From positions 160,001 to 224,000 of the forward strand of contig OY776562.1 of the NCBI GenBank assembly GCA_963675785.1: 64,000 nucleotides of DNA, in the 5' to 3' direction. The notes under the pieces are model-generated. The model saw only the letters and a list, made by a program, of their open reading frames with translations, ran no database searches and was not told where the DNA came from. The position numbers and the translations under genes were made by a program. Source of the DNA: Anaerolineae bacterium (GTDB taxonomy: Bacteria > Chloroflexota > Anaerolineae > UBA1429). Shown here in pieces: positions 29,289 to 40,238 of this stretch (position 1 is the stretch's first letter; every line of letters begins with the position of its first letter).

Positions 29289-30962
29289 ATGCCCGATGTC
29301 ACGGTAACCATCGATGGTGTTACCGGCAGCGTTCCAGCAGGGAGCACGGTCATTGAAGCCGCGCAAAAGCTCGGGGTCAACTCGATTCCTACGCTTTGCC
29401 ATCATCCTGCGATTGAGCCGATTGGCGCTTGCCGGATTTGTCTAGTTGAGATCGAAAAGCAGCGTGCCCTGCAGCCCGCCTGCACCTTCCCTGTTGCTGA
29501 CGGGATGGTTGTGCACACCATGAGCGATAAGGCAATCGAGTCGCGCAAGTTTGTGCTACAGCTGCTGTTTTCCGAACGCAACCATTTTTGCATGTTCTGT
29601 CAGATGAGTGGCAGTTGCGAACTTCAGGACCTGGCTTATGCCTATGGCCTGGATCATTGGGAATTTGATCGCGCCTTTCCCAAGCTTGCAACCGATGCTT
29701 CTCGCGAGTTTTTTATCTATGATCCGAATCGGTGCATCCTGTGCCGGCGCTGTATTCGCGTTTGTGACGAAGTAGTAGGTAACGGCACGCTTGGCTTACG
29801 CAATCGTGGCACCGACAGCATGATTGTGGCTGACCTGGATGTGCCCTTTGGCGAATCCAGCTGCGTATCCTGTGGAACCTGCCTGCAGGTTTGCCCCACG
29901 GGCGCACTGATCGATCGCGAAAGTGCTTACATGGGCGCTACGGCCGAGGTTACGCGTGTCAAGAGCCGTTGTACGGCTTGCGGTGTAGGTTGCGGCATTG
30001 AGATCATTGTGCGTGACAACCGCGTCATTCGCATAGAGGGTGACTGGGATGCTGAGCCCAACAAAGGCTTGCTTTGTGAAAGAGGCCGCTTTGGCAATCT
30101 TTACGAAAAGCGCCAGCGCATCTATCAGCCCATTGTTGGCGGTGATGCCACGACGGCCGATGCTGCCTTGGCAATTGCGGCGCAGGGCCTGAAGGCGGCA
30201 GGAGATGGCCTTTGCACTGTTCTGTCTGGTTATGTGACCAATGAAGAAGCTGATGCGGCCTTGGCTATGCCTGGTAAGGCGGCACTACTCAGTGTGGCCG
30301 ATGGCGCGGCTGAGCGCAAACCTTTGAGCGCATTGGACCAGGCTGACGGTTTTTGCATCGTCAAGACGGATCTGGCCAAGGTTGCCCCAGTAGCCAGCTA
30401 CGCCATCAAGCGAGCTTTCCGTCATCGTCAGGCACCAGTTGCGACAGTCGATGTGATCAGCGACAGCATGGATGTTTGGACAGACAAGGCCTTTGCGGCC
30501 GATGATCTGGCTGGTGTAGCTGCTGTGCTCAAAAATTGCGTCGCCCCGGCAGTCGTTTTTGATGATCGCTATGCAGAGCTGGCTGAAAAGGTGGCTGCGG
30601 CTATTCCAAATGCAACGCTTGTTCCTCTGGCACTGGGCGGTAACACTGTGGGCTTGCTCGACAAGGGCGTTGAGCCGACCGCGGATTCAGCAAGCGCCTA
30701 TTATGTGCTTGCTGGTGAAACCGCCGAACTCTGCCCCGAGCTGGAGAAAAAACTCGCTGCGGCTGACTTTGTGGTGGTGCAGGCTTGTTATGCAGAGCCC
30801 TGGAGCAAAGTGGCAGATGTTATTCTGCCTGCCCCGGTGATGTATGAGAAGAACGGCACTTTTGTGAATACCGAAGGCAAGACCGAAACGCTGGTGGCAG
30901 CCATAGAAACCAGCCTCGTCTCAGAGTTGGAGACGATCAAGCAGCTGGCTGAATTGATGTAA
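29289..30962 (+). CDS. NuoG/HoxU-like Fe-S subunit with degenerate molybdopterin-oxidoreductase domain (H-cluster-less HydA-like)
   Basis: [2Fe-2S] GACRIC; HFCMFC..C; CILCRRC; CVSCGTC; CTACGVGC...LC; ADVILPA..YEKNGTFVNTEG; no H-cluster motifs seen. Confidence 0.85.
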   Translation: MPDVTVTIDGVTGSVPAGSTVIEAAQKLGVNSIPTLCHHPAIEPIGACRICLVEIEKQRALQPACTFPVADGMVVHTMSDKAIESRKFVLQLLFSERNHFCMFCQMSGSCELQDLAYAYGLDHWEFDRAFPKLATDASREFFIYDPNRCILCRRCIRVCDEVVGNGTLGLRNRGTDSMIVADLDVPFGESSCVSCGTCLQVCPTGALIDRESAYMGATAEVTRVKSRCTACGVGCGIEIIVRDNRVIRIEGDWDAEPNKGLLCERGRFGNLYEKRQRIYQPIVGGDATTADAALAIAAQGLKAAGDGLCTVLSGYVTNEEADAALAMPGKAALLSVADGAAERKPLSALDQADGFCIVKTDLAKVAPVASYAIKRAFRHRQAPVATVDVISDSMDVWTDKAFAADDLAGVAAVLKNCVAPAVVFDDRYAELAEKVAAAIPNATLVPLALGGNTVGLLDKGVEPTADSASAYYVLAGETAELCPELEKKLAAADFVVVQACYAEPWSKVADVILPAPVMYEKNGTFVNTEGKTETLVAAIETSLVSELETIKQLAELM

Positions 30963-31049
30963 CGCTCACCGGTTATAAGAGCGTACTTGACCCCGATTCT
31001 CGGTCATAGCACGCGCTCTTGAACCGAGAAGAACCTACGGAGAAGGTCA

Positions 31050-31595
31050 ATGGACAAGATCACCGTATGCACCGACTGGCTGGACGTTTGTTCCGGCTGC
31101 CATATGTCATTTCTCGATATCGATGAGCGTATCATTGAGCTGCTCAAGTACGTTCAGCTCTTGTCGTCGCCCATCACCGATCTCAAGCATCCGCCTGAGG
31201 GAGGCGTGGATATCGGCATTCTCACGGGTGCCGTGAGCAATGATCATCAAGAAGAAGTGGCTAAGCTCATGCGCTCTCGCTGCAAGACGCTCATCGCCCT
31301 TGGCGATTGCGCTGTCTTTGGCGGCATCTGCACCATGCGCAACATGTTTGATACGGAGGACGTGTTGAGCCGCGCCTATGTCGAGACCGAATCGACTGAG
31401 GCTGGCCAAGAGATACCGCGTTCACCAGAGATTGCCAAGTTGTTCCCAGAAGTCAAAGCGGTTAACCAGATCGTCAAAGTTGATATTCACATTCCGGGTT
31501 GCCCGCCTCCCGCTGATACCATTTGGTATGCGTTGTCAGAGCTCATTGCTGGCCGCACGCCGGTACTCACGGGCGAGCTGTTCACCTACGACTAA
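31050..31595 (+). CDS. hoxY: [NiFe]-hydrogenase small subunit, group 3 (HoxY-like)
   Basis: WLDVCSGCHMS, ALGDCA, IPGCPP; single proximal cluster, no Tat signal. Confidence 0.92.
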   Translation: MDKITVCTDWLDVCSGCHMSFLDIDERIIELLKYVQLLSSPITDLKHPPEGGVDIGILTGAVSNDHQEEVAKLMRSRCKTLIALGDCAVFGGICTMRNMFDTEDVLSRAYVETESTEAGQEIPRSPEIAKLFPEVKAVNQIVKVDIHIPGCPPPADTIWYALSELIAGRTPVLTGELFTYD

Positions 31596-31614
31596 CGAAT
31601 ACGGGAGAGTAAAT

Positions 31615-33033
<1,419 letters not shown>

Positions 33034-33070
33034 TTTTCCGGCGTGTAGCACGACGTCTAACATCATACTC

Positions 33071-33112
33071 AACAAGGAGACAGGGCTAGACGTCCTTGTC
33101 TCCTTGTTTGTT
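33071..33112 (+). terminator. Intra-operon hairpin/terminator between structural and maturation genes
   Basis: AACAAGGAGACAGGG pairs with CCTTGTCTCCTTGTT, followed by TGTT. Confidence 0.65.
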
Positions 33113-33123
33113 AGTGGGGCTTT

Positions 33124-33609
33124 ATGAAGCGAACCCTTATTCTTGGATTTGGCAACGAATATAGGCGCGACGATGGCGTGGCTCGTGAGGCCATCAATGG
33201 TCTACTCAAGGCCTTAAATCGGCCCGAATTGGCGCTCGATGATGATGGTTATGATGATTTGGGCCAGGATGTGGATGTGGCTTTTTTACACCAGCTTGTC
33301 CCCGAGTTGACCGAAGTGGTTGCGGATTATGACCAGGTTGTCTTTGTGGATGCGCACGTGCAAGGCATGTGTGAGGACATTCATGAAGAGATCATCTCGC
33401 CGTTTTACAAGCCCGGCATCGTCACCCATCAATTGACGCCGAACGCCTTGTTGGCCATGGCTAACGAGCTGTATGGTAAAATGCCTCAAGGCGTCCTTTT
33501 GACCATTCGCGGCCATGATTTTGATTTTGGCCTGGGCCTTTCAGAGCAAACGGCTGCCTGTGTTCCGGTTGTGGTTGAGCGTCTGTTGGCACTGACGGGC
33601 GAGGGCTGA
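33124..33609 (+). CDS. Hydrogenase maturation endopeptidase (HoxW/HyaD family)
   Basis: LGFGNEYRRDDG, VVFVDA, THQL, FGLGLS. Confidence 0.9.
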   Translation: MKRTLILGFGNEYRRDDGVAREAINGLLKALNRPELALDDDGYDDLGQDVDVAFLHQLVPELTEVVADYDQVVFVDAHVQGMCEDIHEEIISPFYKPGIVTHQLTPNALLAMANELYGKMPQGVLLTIRGHDFDFGLGLSEQTAACVPVVVERLLALTGEG

Positions 33610-33616
33610 GCGAATT

Positions 33617-33958
33617 ATGCACGAATTGGCAGTCACAGAGAATGTGCTCAAGGTAGCGAATGAACATGCTGCAAAGGCTGGCGCCTCAGCCATCACCGAT
33701 ATTTATCTGGTAGTGGGCGATCTGTCGAGCATTGTAGATGACTCGGTGCAGTTCTATTTTGACTACTTTAGCCAGGGAACGTTGGCCGAAGGAGCCAAGC
33801 TACATTTTGAGCGCATCAAGCCGCAGCTGCGCTGCCGCGCCTGCGGACGAGATTTCGAGATGAAAGAAATGGACTGGACCTGCCCACACTGCGGCGCAGC
33901 GGGTGGTGATATTGTTGCTGGCAAGGAATTTTTTTTAAGGAGTATCGAAGTAATCTGA
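33617..33958 (+). CDS. hypA: Nickel metallochaperone HypA
   Basis: MHE N-terminus, CRAC and CPHC. Confidence 0.96.
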   Translation: MHELAVTENVLKVANEHAAKAGASAITDIYLVVGDLSSIVDDSVQFYFDYFSQGTLAEGAKLHFERIKPQLRCRACGRDFEMKEMDWTCPHCGAAGGDIVAGKEFFLRSIEVI

Positions 33959-33980
33959 TCAATCGTCGGAGGAAGGCGAT

Positions 33981-34649
33981 ATGGAAGTCAAAGTTGTACA
34001 GAATGTGATGAAGGCCAACGATTCGGTGGCTGAAGATAACCGCAAGTTTTTGGAAGCGCATCATCTTGCGGCATTCAATGTAATGGCCTCGCCAGGGGCT
34101 GGCAAAACCACCCTGTTGATGGCGACCATCGACAGACTCAAGGATCGCGTACGCCTGGGTGCCATTGAGGGTGATACCGCCTCGCAGGTGGATGCTGACA
34201 AGGTATCGACCACGGGCGTGCCGGTGGTGCAGATCAACACGGGTGGCGGCTGCCATCTGGATGCGCCGATGGTTCGCGAGGCGCTAGAAGCATTGCCGCT
34301 CGACGAGCTGGACGCGGTGATCATTGAGAATGTGGGCAACCTGGTGTGCCCTGCCGCTTTTGCCCTGGGCGAGACGGTGAATGTGGTCATCTTGAGCGTG
34401 CCCGAAGGCGACGACAAACCCTACAAGTACCCGGGCATGTTTGTGCGTGCTGATGTCGTAGTCATTAGCAAGATCGACCTGCTGCCTTATCTCGATTTCG
34501 ATGTCGAGGCCTTTAAAAAGCTCGTCTTGAGCGTCAATCCCAAGGTGGAGTTCTTTGAGCTTTCTTGCAAAACCGGCGAGGGCGTTGATGCTTGGTGCGA
34601 TTGGGTAGCCGATTTCACGGCAAAAGCCAAGGCTGAGAGCGAGGCGTAA
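33981..34649 (+). CDS. hypB: Nickel-insertion GTPase HypB
   Basis: SPGAGKTT, GGCHLDA, ENVGNLVCPA, EGDDKP.KYP. Confidence 0.96.
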   Translation: MEVKVVQNVMKANDSVAEDNRKFLEAHHLAAFNVMASPGAGKTTLLMATIDRLKDRVRLGAIEGDTASQVDADKVSTTGVPVVQINTGGGCHLDAPMVREALEALPLDELDAVIIENVGNLVCPAAFALGETVNVVILSVPEGDDKPYKYPGMFVRADVVVISKIDLLPYLDFDVEAFKKLVLSVNPKVEFFELSCKTGEGVDAWCDWVADFTAKAKAESEA

Positions 34650-34652
34650 CCC

Positions 34653-37013
34653 TTGCCTCTCAGACGAGCACATATCCATGTGAATGGCGTTGTGCAAGGC
34701 GTGGGTTTTAGGCCGTTTGTGTTCAATCTGGCTGAGCGGCTCAATCTGGCCGGCTGGGTGTTGAATGATTCGGGCGGTGTGGAGATCGAAGTAGAAGGCG
34801 CGGAAGAGACTATCCGCGCCTTTGCCAACGAAATCCAAGAGCATCATCCGCCGCTGGCGCGCGTTGAGCAGTTCGAGCTGGCTTGGCTGAAACCAGACTC
34901 CGACCCCTATCGCGAGTTTGAGATTCGCCATTCGTTGGCCAAGGCTGGTGCCTATCAACTTGTTTCGCCCGATGTGGCCACCTGCGCCGATTGTCTCGCC
35001 GAGGTGCTCGATCCGACCGATCGGCGCTATCGTTACCCCTTTACCAACTGCACTAACTGCGGCCCGCGCTTTACTATCATTTCGGATCTGCCCTACGACC
35101 GGCCCAACACCACCATGCGCGATTTCCCCATGTGCCCCGATTGCCAGGACGAGTACACCGATCCGCACAATCGACGCTTTCATGCCCAGCCCAACGCTTG
35201 CCCGGTATGCGGCCCCCATTTGGAGTTGGTTCAGGGCAGGGCGAATCCGGCTTTGGTGGATGTTCTGCCTCCCGAGGATATGGGCGATGTGATCGCCCGT
35301 ACGGCGGCACTGCTGCTAGAAGGCGCGGTGGTGGCCATCAAGGGGTTGGGCGGCTATCAATTGGCTTGCGATGCCACCAGCGAGCGCGCTGTGGCAGCCC
35401 TGCGCCAGCGCAAACAACGGCCCGACAAGCCCTTTGCGCTGATGATGACGACCTTGTCGCAAGTGCGCTCCTATTGCCGTTTGGCTGATGACGAGGCTGA
35501 ACTAATGAGCTCGCCGGGCGCCCCCATCGTGCTGTTGGAGCGTCTGGAACAGCCGCTGGATGATCTGCTGCCCATTGCGCCCTCGGTTGCGCCGGATAAC
35601 GCTTATCTGGGTGTGATGTTGCCCTATACGCCGCTCCATCACATTCTGCTGCGTGATGTGGGTCGGCCCTTGGTGATGACCAGCGGCAACCTGACTGAAG
35701 AGCCCATTGCCGCCGAGAACGACGAGGCCCTGGCGCGTTTGGGGCCGCTCTGCGATGCGCTGCTGATGCACAATCGCGGCATCTATGCCCGCTATGACGA
35801 TTCGGTCTGGTTCGTGGCCGATACCGTGCAGCAGGGCCGGGTGGTTCGTTTGTCTCAGGTAACCCGCCGGGCGCGTGGTTATGCGCCTTTTCCCGTGCAG
35901 TTGGGCTTTGAGACGCGTCCTGTGCTGGCTTGTGGCCCTGAACTCAAGAATACTTTTTGCCTGACGCGGGATAGATACGCTTTTGTGTCGCAGCACATCG
36001 GCGATATGGAGAATCTGGAAACAATTGAACATTATGAACGGACGCTGGCCATTTACCAGCATCTGTTCGATAGCCAACCCGAGGTGGTGGCCGTAGACCT
36101 GCATCCTGGCTATGCTGCCACGCGTTTTGGCAAAAATTTGGCGCAGGACAAGGGCTTGCCCTTAGTCGAGGTGCAGCACCATCAGGCTCATATCGCCTCT
36201 TGCATGGCCGATAACGGTTATGGCCCCCAGGATGGCCCGGTGATTGGCGTGGCCCTGGACGGTACCGGCTATGGCAGCGATGGCCGCATCTGGGGTGGCG
36301 AGTGGTTTGTGGGCGGTTACGATGGCTTTGAACGTGTGGCCCACCTAGAATACCTGCCGCTGCCCGGTGGCGATGCGGCCACGCAGGCGCCCTGGCGTAT
36401 TGCTGCAGGCTATGTACAGGCTTTGTTTGGCGAGGTACGCGGGCTTACATTGGGCGTAGAGCCCGATAAAATCACCTTTGTGGCCCAGCAGGTGCAGCAG
36501 GAGATCAATGCGCCACTGACCAGTTCCATGGGACGCCTTTTCGACGCTGTGGCGGCCCTGGCTGGCCTTGGGAGTGTGGCTACCTATGAGGCGCAACTGG
36601 CTATCGCCCTGGAGACGGCTGCCGGTCGTGCTCCTCTTGTTATGAACGAGCCAGCTTATCCCTACATTTTGGAGAACGCCTCGGGAGTATCCATAATCAG
36701 GGTCAAGCCGCTGCTGCAGGCGGTGCTGGACGATGTTCGCGCTGGACGGGGTACAAGGATCATCTCGCGCCGTTTTCACGCGGCGGTGGTGGCCATGACG
36801 CGCGATGTCTGTGCAAGTATTCGCCAGCAGACGGGCCTGAACACGGTGGCATTGAGCGGCGGGTGTTTTCAGAATCGGTTACTCATTCAGGGCGTGACGG
36901 CAGCTCTCGACGCACAAGGCTTTGAGGTGCTGCTGCATCGCGTTTTACCGGCCAACGATGGCTGCATCAGTTTGGGACAGGCGGCCATCGCAGCGCTTGG
37001 AATGGAGCATTAG
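34653..37013 (+). CDS. hypF: Carbamoyltransferase HypF
   Basis: GVVQGVGFRPF, zinc fingers CADC/CTNC/CPDC/CPVC, QHHQAH, DGTGYG, NDGCISLGQ. Confidence 0.97.
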   Translation: MPLRRAHIHVNGVVQGVGFRPFVFNLAERLNLAGWVLNDSGGVEIEVEGAEETIRAFANEIQEHHPPLARVEQFELAWLKPDSDPYREFEIRHSLAKAGAYQLVSPDVATCADCLAEVLDPTDRRYRYPFTNCTNCGPRFTIISDLPYDRPNTTMRDFPMCPDCQDEYTDPHNRRFHAQPNACPVCGPHLELVQGRANPALVDVLPPEDMGDVIARTAALLLEGAVVAIKGLGGYQLACDATSERAVAALRQRKQRPDKPFALMMTTLSQVRSYCRLADDEAELMSSPGAPIVLLERLEQPLDDLLPIAPSVAPDNAYLGVMLPYTPLHHILLRDVGRPLVMTSGNLTEEPIAAENDEALARLGPLCDALLMHNRGIYARYDDSVWFVADTVQQGRVVRLSQVTRRARGYAPFPVQLGFETRPVLACGPELKNTFCLTRDRYAFVSQHIGDMENLETIEHYERTLAIYQHLFDSQPEVVAVDLHPGYAATRFGKNLAQDKGLPLVEVQHHQAHIASCMADNGYGPQDGPVIGVALDGTGYGSDGRIWGGEWFVGGYDGFERVAHLEYLPLPGGDAATQAPWRIAAGYVQALFGEVRGLTLGVEPDKITFVAQQVQQEINAPLTSSMGRLFDAVAALAGLGSVATYEAQLAIALETAAGRAPLVMNEPAYPYILENASGVSIIRVKPLLQAVLDDVRAGRGTRIISRRFHAAVVAMTRDVCASIRQQTGLNTVALSGGCFQNRLLIQGVTAALDAQGFEVLLHRVLPANDGCISLGQAAIAALGMEH

Positions 37014-37014
37014 T

Positions 37015-37248
37015 ATGTGTTTGGCAATTCCGGTTCAAATCAAGTCGATGAACGGACAAAAGGCCGTGGTCGAGCTATCAGGCGTGGAGCGCGAGATCAG
37101 TCTGGCGCTGACGCCAGAGGCCAAGACCGGCGACTATGTCATCGTCCACACGGGCTTTAGCCTCAGCGTGCTCGATGAGCAAGAGGCCTTGGAGACGCTG
37201 GCGCTGTTTGATGAACTTGAACAGGCGGCTAACGAGGAACTGCCGTGA
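37015..37248 (+). CDS. hypC: Hydrogenase assembly chaperone HypC
   Basis: MCLAIP N-terminus, GDYVIVHTG. Confidence 0.96.
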   Translation: MCLAIPVQIKSMNGQKAVVELSGVEREISLALTPEAKTGDYVIVHTGFSLSVLDEQEALETLALFDELEQAANEELP

Positions 37249-38342
37249 AGTACATCGACGAATTTCGCGATCCGGCGGCGGCGCGTGTCCTGCTGGCGCA
37301 AATTCAAACCATCAGCACACGCCCTGTGCAGTTCATGGAGTTTTGCGGCGGCCATACCCACGCCATTTTCGAGTTTGGCCTGCGCCAGATGCTGCCTGAG
37401 ACGGTTCGCTTGAGCTCGGGGCCAGGCTGCCCCGTGTGTGTGACCTCGATGAGCGACCTGGCTTTAGCCTTTGACCTGCTCGAACAATCGGGAGTCATCC
37501 TGACTACCTTTGGCGACATGATGCGCGTGCCTGGCCCCAACGGCAGTTTGCTAGAGGCCCGTTCGCGCGGTGCCGATGTGCGCATGGTTTATTCGCCGTT
37601 GGATGCCCTCAGTTTGGCCCGTGAGACGCCCGACCGAGAGGTGGTCTTTCTCGGCGTGGGCTTTGAGACCACGGCACCCACGGTAGCGGCCACGCTATTA
37701 CAGGCCGAAGCTGAGGCCCTGCCCAACTTTTACGTGCTGAGCTTGCACAAGCTAACCATCGCCGCCATCCGCGCCATTCTGGCTGCTGGCGAGGTCACGC
37801 TGGACGGCGTCATTGGGCCCGGCCATGTGGCGGCAATTATCGGCGCCGATGCCTGGGGGCTCTTGCCTGATGAGTATGGTATCCCCTGTGCCATCTCGGG
37901 GTTTGAGCCGTTGGACATGCTGCGGGCCATCAAGAGCCTGGTAGAGATGGCTGAGGAGGGTGCGCCAGCGGTAATCAATACCTATGGACGTGTTGTCAGT
38001 GCTGAGGGCAATCGCCATGCTCAGCAGGCCATGTCACGTGTGTTTACGGTGGGGTCTGCCGATTGGCGCGGCTTTGGTACGCTTCCCGATAGTGGCCTGC
38101 ACATTCGCCGGGAATACGCCCATCGCGACGCCCGGGTGGTGTTTGCGCTAAAAGCGCGCACTTTTGTCGAGCCCAAGGGCTGCCGTTGCGGCGACGTGCT
38201 GCGCGGCACGGCCACGCCGCTGGATTGCGCCCTGTTTGGTCGCGCTTGCACGCCGGCTAGCCCCGTGGGCCCTTGTATGGTCAGTTCTGAGGGTGCCTGC
38301 TCGGCTTATTATCAATATGGGGCGGGTGATAACGATGTCTGA
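37245..38342 (+). CDS. hypD: Hydrogenase formation protein HypD
   Basis: CGGHTH, GPGCPVC, GFETT, PGHV, GPCMVSSEGAC. Confidence 0.97.
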   Translation: MKYIDEFRDPAAARVLLAQIQTISTRPVQFMEFCGGHTHAIFEFGLRQMLPETVRLSSGPGCPVCVTSMSDLALAFDLLEQSGVILTTFGDMMRVPGPNGSLLEARSRGADVRMVYSPLDALSLARETPDREVVFLGVGFETTAPTVAATLLQAEAEALPNFYVLSLHKLTIAAIRAILAAGEVTLDGVIGPGHVAAIIGADAWGLLPDEYGIPCAISGFEPLDMLRAIKSLVEMAEEGAPAVINTYGRVVSAEGNRHAQQAMSRVFTVGSADWRGFGTLPDSGLHIRREYAHRDARVVFALKARTFVEPKGCRCGDVLRGTATPLDCALFGRACTPASPVGPCMVSSEGACSAYYQYGAGDNDV

Positions 38343-39354
38343 TGAACGCATTTTGCTGGCACACGGCAGCGGCGGGCAGCTCAGCCATGAGCTGGTCTCC
38401 CGTGTCTTTTTGGGCCGCTTTGGCAACGATACGCTGAACGCCTTGGGCGATTCGGCACTATTGGATTTGCCCAACGACGGCAGTCGCCTGGCGCTGACTA
38501 CGGACAGCTTTGTGGTCTCGCCGCTGTTCTTTCGCGGAGGAAGCATCGGCAAGTTAGCCATCTGTGGCACCGTGAACGACTTGGCTGTGGCTGGCGCCAA
38601 GCCCCTCTATCTCTCCGCCGGGTTCATTCTGGAAGAAGGCTTGCCCTACGAGGTTCTGGAGCGCGTGGTGGATGACATGGCTCGCATGGCGGCGCAGTCT
38701 GGTGTACAGATCGTTACCGGTGATACCAAAGTGGTGAACCATGGCGCCGCCGATGGGCTGTTCATCAACACGGCTGGTGTGGGCATCGTACCTCTTGGAC
38801 GCGAATTGTCGCCGCAGCGTTTGCGGGTGGGCGACGTGCTCTTGATCAATGGCACCGTGGGCGACCACGGCATTGCCGTAATGTTGGAGCGCGAAAATCT
38901 GGGGCTGCGCAGCGAGTTGGCCAGCGATTGTGCCCCGCTCAACGGCCTCATTGCCGAGGTGCTGGAAGCTTGCGGCGATGCGGTGCATTGCATGCGCGAC
39001 GCCACCCGTGGCGGCTTGGTGGCTACTCTGAACGAATGGGCCGAATCCGGTGCGTGCTGTCTGCAGGTGGAAGAGACGGCCATCCCTGTGCGCGAGGATG
39101 TGCGCGCCGCCTGTGAGCTGCTGGGGCTCTCGCCCTATTATGCGGCCAACGAGGGCAAAGTGGTGATAGCGGTGGCGCCCGAGGCGGCCGATGCTGCTCT
39201 GCGTACTATACAGGCCCATGAATTGGGGCGTAATGCGGCCATCATCGGCCAGGTGGTCGAGGGCAAGGCTGGACGCGTGTTGCTACGCACCTCCCTTGGT
39301 GCCCGGCGTCTGTTGGATATGATTGTGGGCGACCAACTTCCGCGTATTTGCTAG
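38335..39354 (+). CDS. hypE: Carbamoyl dehydratase HypE
   Basis: LAHGSGG, GTVNDLA, GDTKVV, RDATRGG, C-terminal PRIC. Confidence 0.97.
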   Translation: MSDERILLAHGSGGQLSHELVSRVFLGRFGNDTLNALGDSALLDLPNDGSRLALTTDSFVVSPLFFRGGSIGKLAICGTVNDLAVAGAKPLYLSAGFILEEGLPYEVLERVVDDMARMAAQSGVQIVTGDTKVVNHGAADGLFINTAGVGIVPLGRELSPQRLRVGDVLLINGTVGDHGIAVMLERENLGLRSELASDCAPLNGLIAEVLEACGDAVHCMRDATRGGLVATLNEWAESGACCLQVEETAIPVREDVRAACELLGLSPYYAANEGKVVIAVAPEAADAALRTIQAHELGRNAAIIGQVVEGKAGRVLLRTSLGARRLLDMIVGDQLPRIC

Positions 39355-39371
39355 CTGCCTTGGAGACTCAC

Positions 39372-40211
39372 ATGGCTTTCAATACACCATTGCAGATCAT
39401 CGAATCCGTATGCAGTATTGGCCAACAAAAGTGCGCCAACTCGACCTCGCGCAAGCTGTTGCTGGCCATCCTCTCGGGCGTGTTTGTGGGCTTTGGCGGA
39501 ATTTTTGCTATTGTGGTGGCTAAGGGGAGCCCCGTGCTAGAGGCGGCGAATCCCGGCCTGTCGCGCCTTTTGTTCGGCGCCGTTTTCCCGGTGGGCATTA
39601 TCATAATCGTTTTGGCAGGCGGAGAGCTATTCACCGGTAACTGTGCCTTGCTGACGCCTTGTTGTCTGTCGGGGGCTATCCACTGGAAGACCCTGCTCAA
39701 GAATTGGGGCATCATCTATCTGGGCAACTTATTGGGTTGTCTCATTGCTGCGCTGGTGTTCGCTTTTAGCACAGGCATCATCGATAACGGCGGCACGATG
39801 AGTGCCGTCAGCGCTAGCCAGGATTTCGCGGCTTATCTTGGCAATCAGGCGGCGGCTATGGCCGAGGACAAAGTGAGCCAGGGCTTTGGCACGTTGCTCA
39901 TCAAGGGCGTGGCCTGTAATTGCCTGGTTTGTCTGGCGGTGTGGCTCTCTATCGCCGCCGAGGATGTGCCCGGCAAGATCATCGGACTGTGGTTCCCGGT
40001 GGTGGCTTTTGCCGCGTCGGGATTCGAACACTCGGTAGCTAACATGTTCTTTATTCCGCTGGGCATGGCCAACGGGGCGCAGGTCACCATCTCCCAATTC
40101 CTTTTTTCCAACTTGTTGCCCGTTACCCTCGGCAATATCCTTGGCGGTGCGGTATTAGTTGGGGCGGCCTATTGGTGGGTTTACGGCAAGCCGAATCCTG
40201 CTTGCAGCTAG
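39372..40211 (+). CDS. Formate/nitrite transporter (FNT, FdhC/FocA family)
   Basis: GGELFTGN, CNCLVCLAV, GFEHSVANMF, VTLGNILGG. Confidence 0.93.
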   Translation: MAFNTPLQIIESVCSIGQQKCANSTSRKLLLAILSGVFVGFGGIFAIVVAKGSPVLEAANPGLSRLLFGAVFPVGIIIIVLAGGELFTGNCALLTPCCLSGAIHWKTLLKNWGIIYLGNLLGCLIAALVFAFSTGIIDNGGTMSAVSASQDFAAYLGNQAAAMAEDKVSQGFGTLLIKGVACNCLVCLAVWLSIAAEDVPGKIIGLWFPVVAFAASGFEHSVANMFFIPLGMANGAQVTISQFLFSNLLPVTLGNILGGAVLVGAAYWWVYGKPNPACS

Positions 40212-40238
40212 TCGATACTCTTCTCGCGGAGGTACGGC

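Noticed and set aside
29289-30962. [FeFe]-hydrogenase HydA or catalytic formate dehydrogenase
   Set aside because: No H-cluster P1-P3 motifs; molybdopterin-type domain is short and lacks a recognisable metal-ligand segment
25804-30962. Respiratory complex I nuoEFG
   Set aside because: No nuoA-D or nuoH-N adjacent; directly followed by [NiFe] subunits and hyp genes
31378-31614. N-terminal extension of the hydrogenase large subunit in the ORF track
   Set aside because: Overlaps hoxY; ATG 31615 has a GGGAG SD and matches the family N-terminus
34284-35219. 311-aa antisense ORF and similar long shadow ORFs (e.g. 35502-36104, 38554-39219)
   Set aside because: They lie opposite well-conserved hyp genes in GC-rich sequence and show no recognisable motifs
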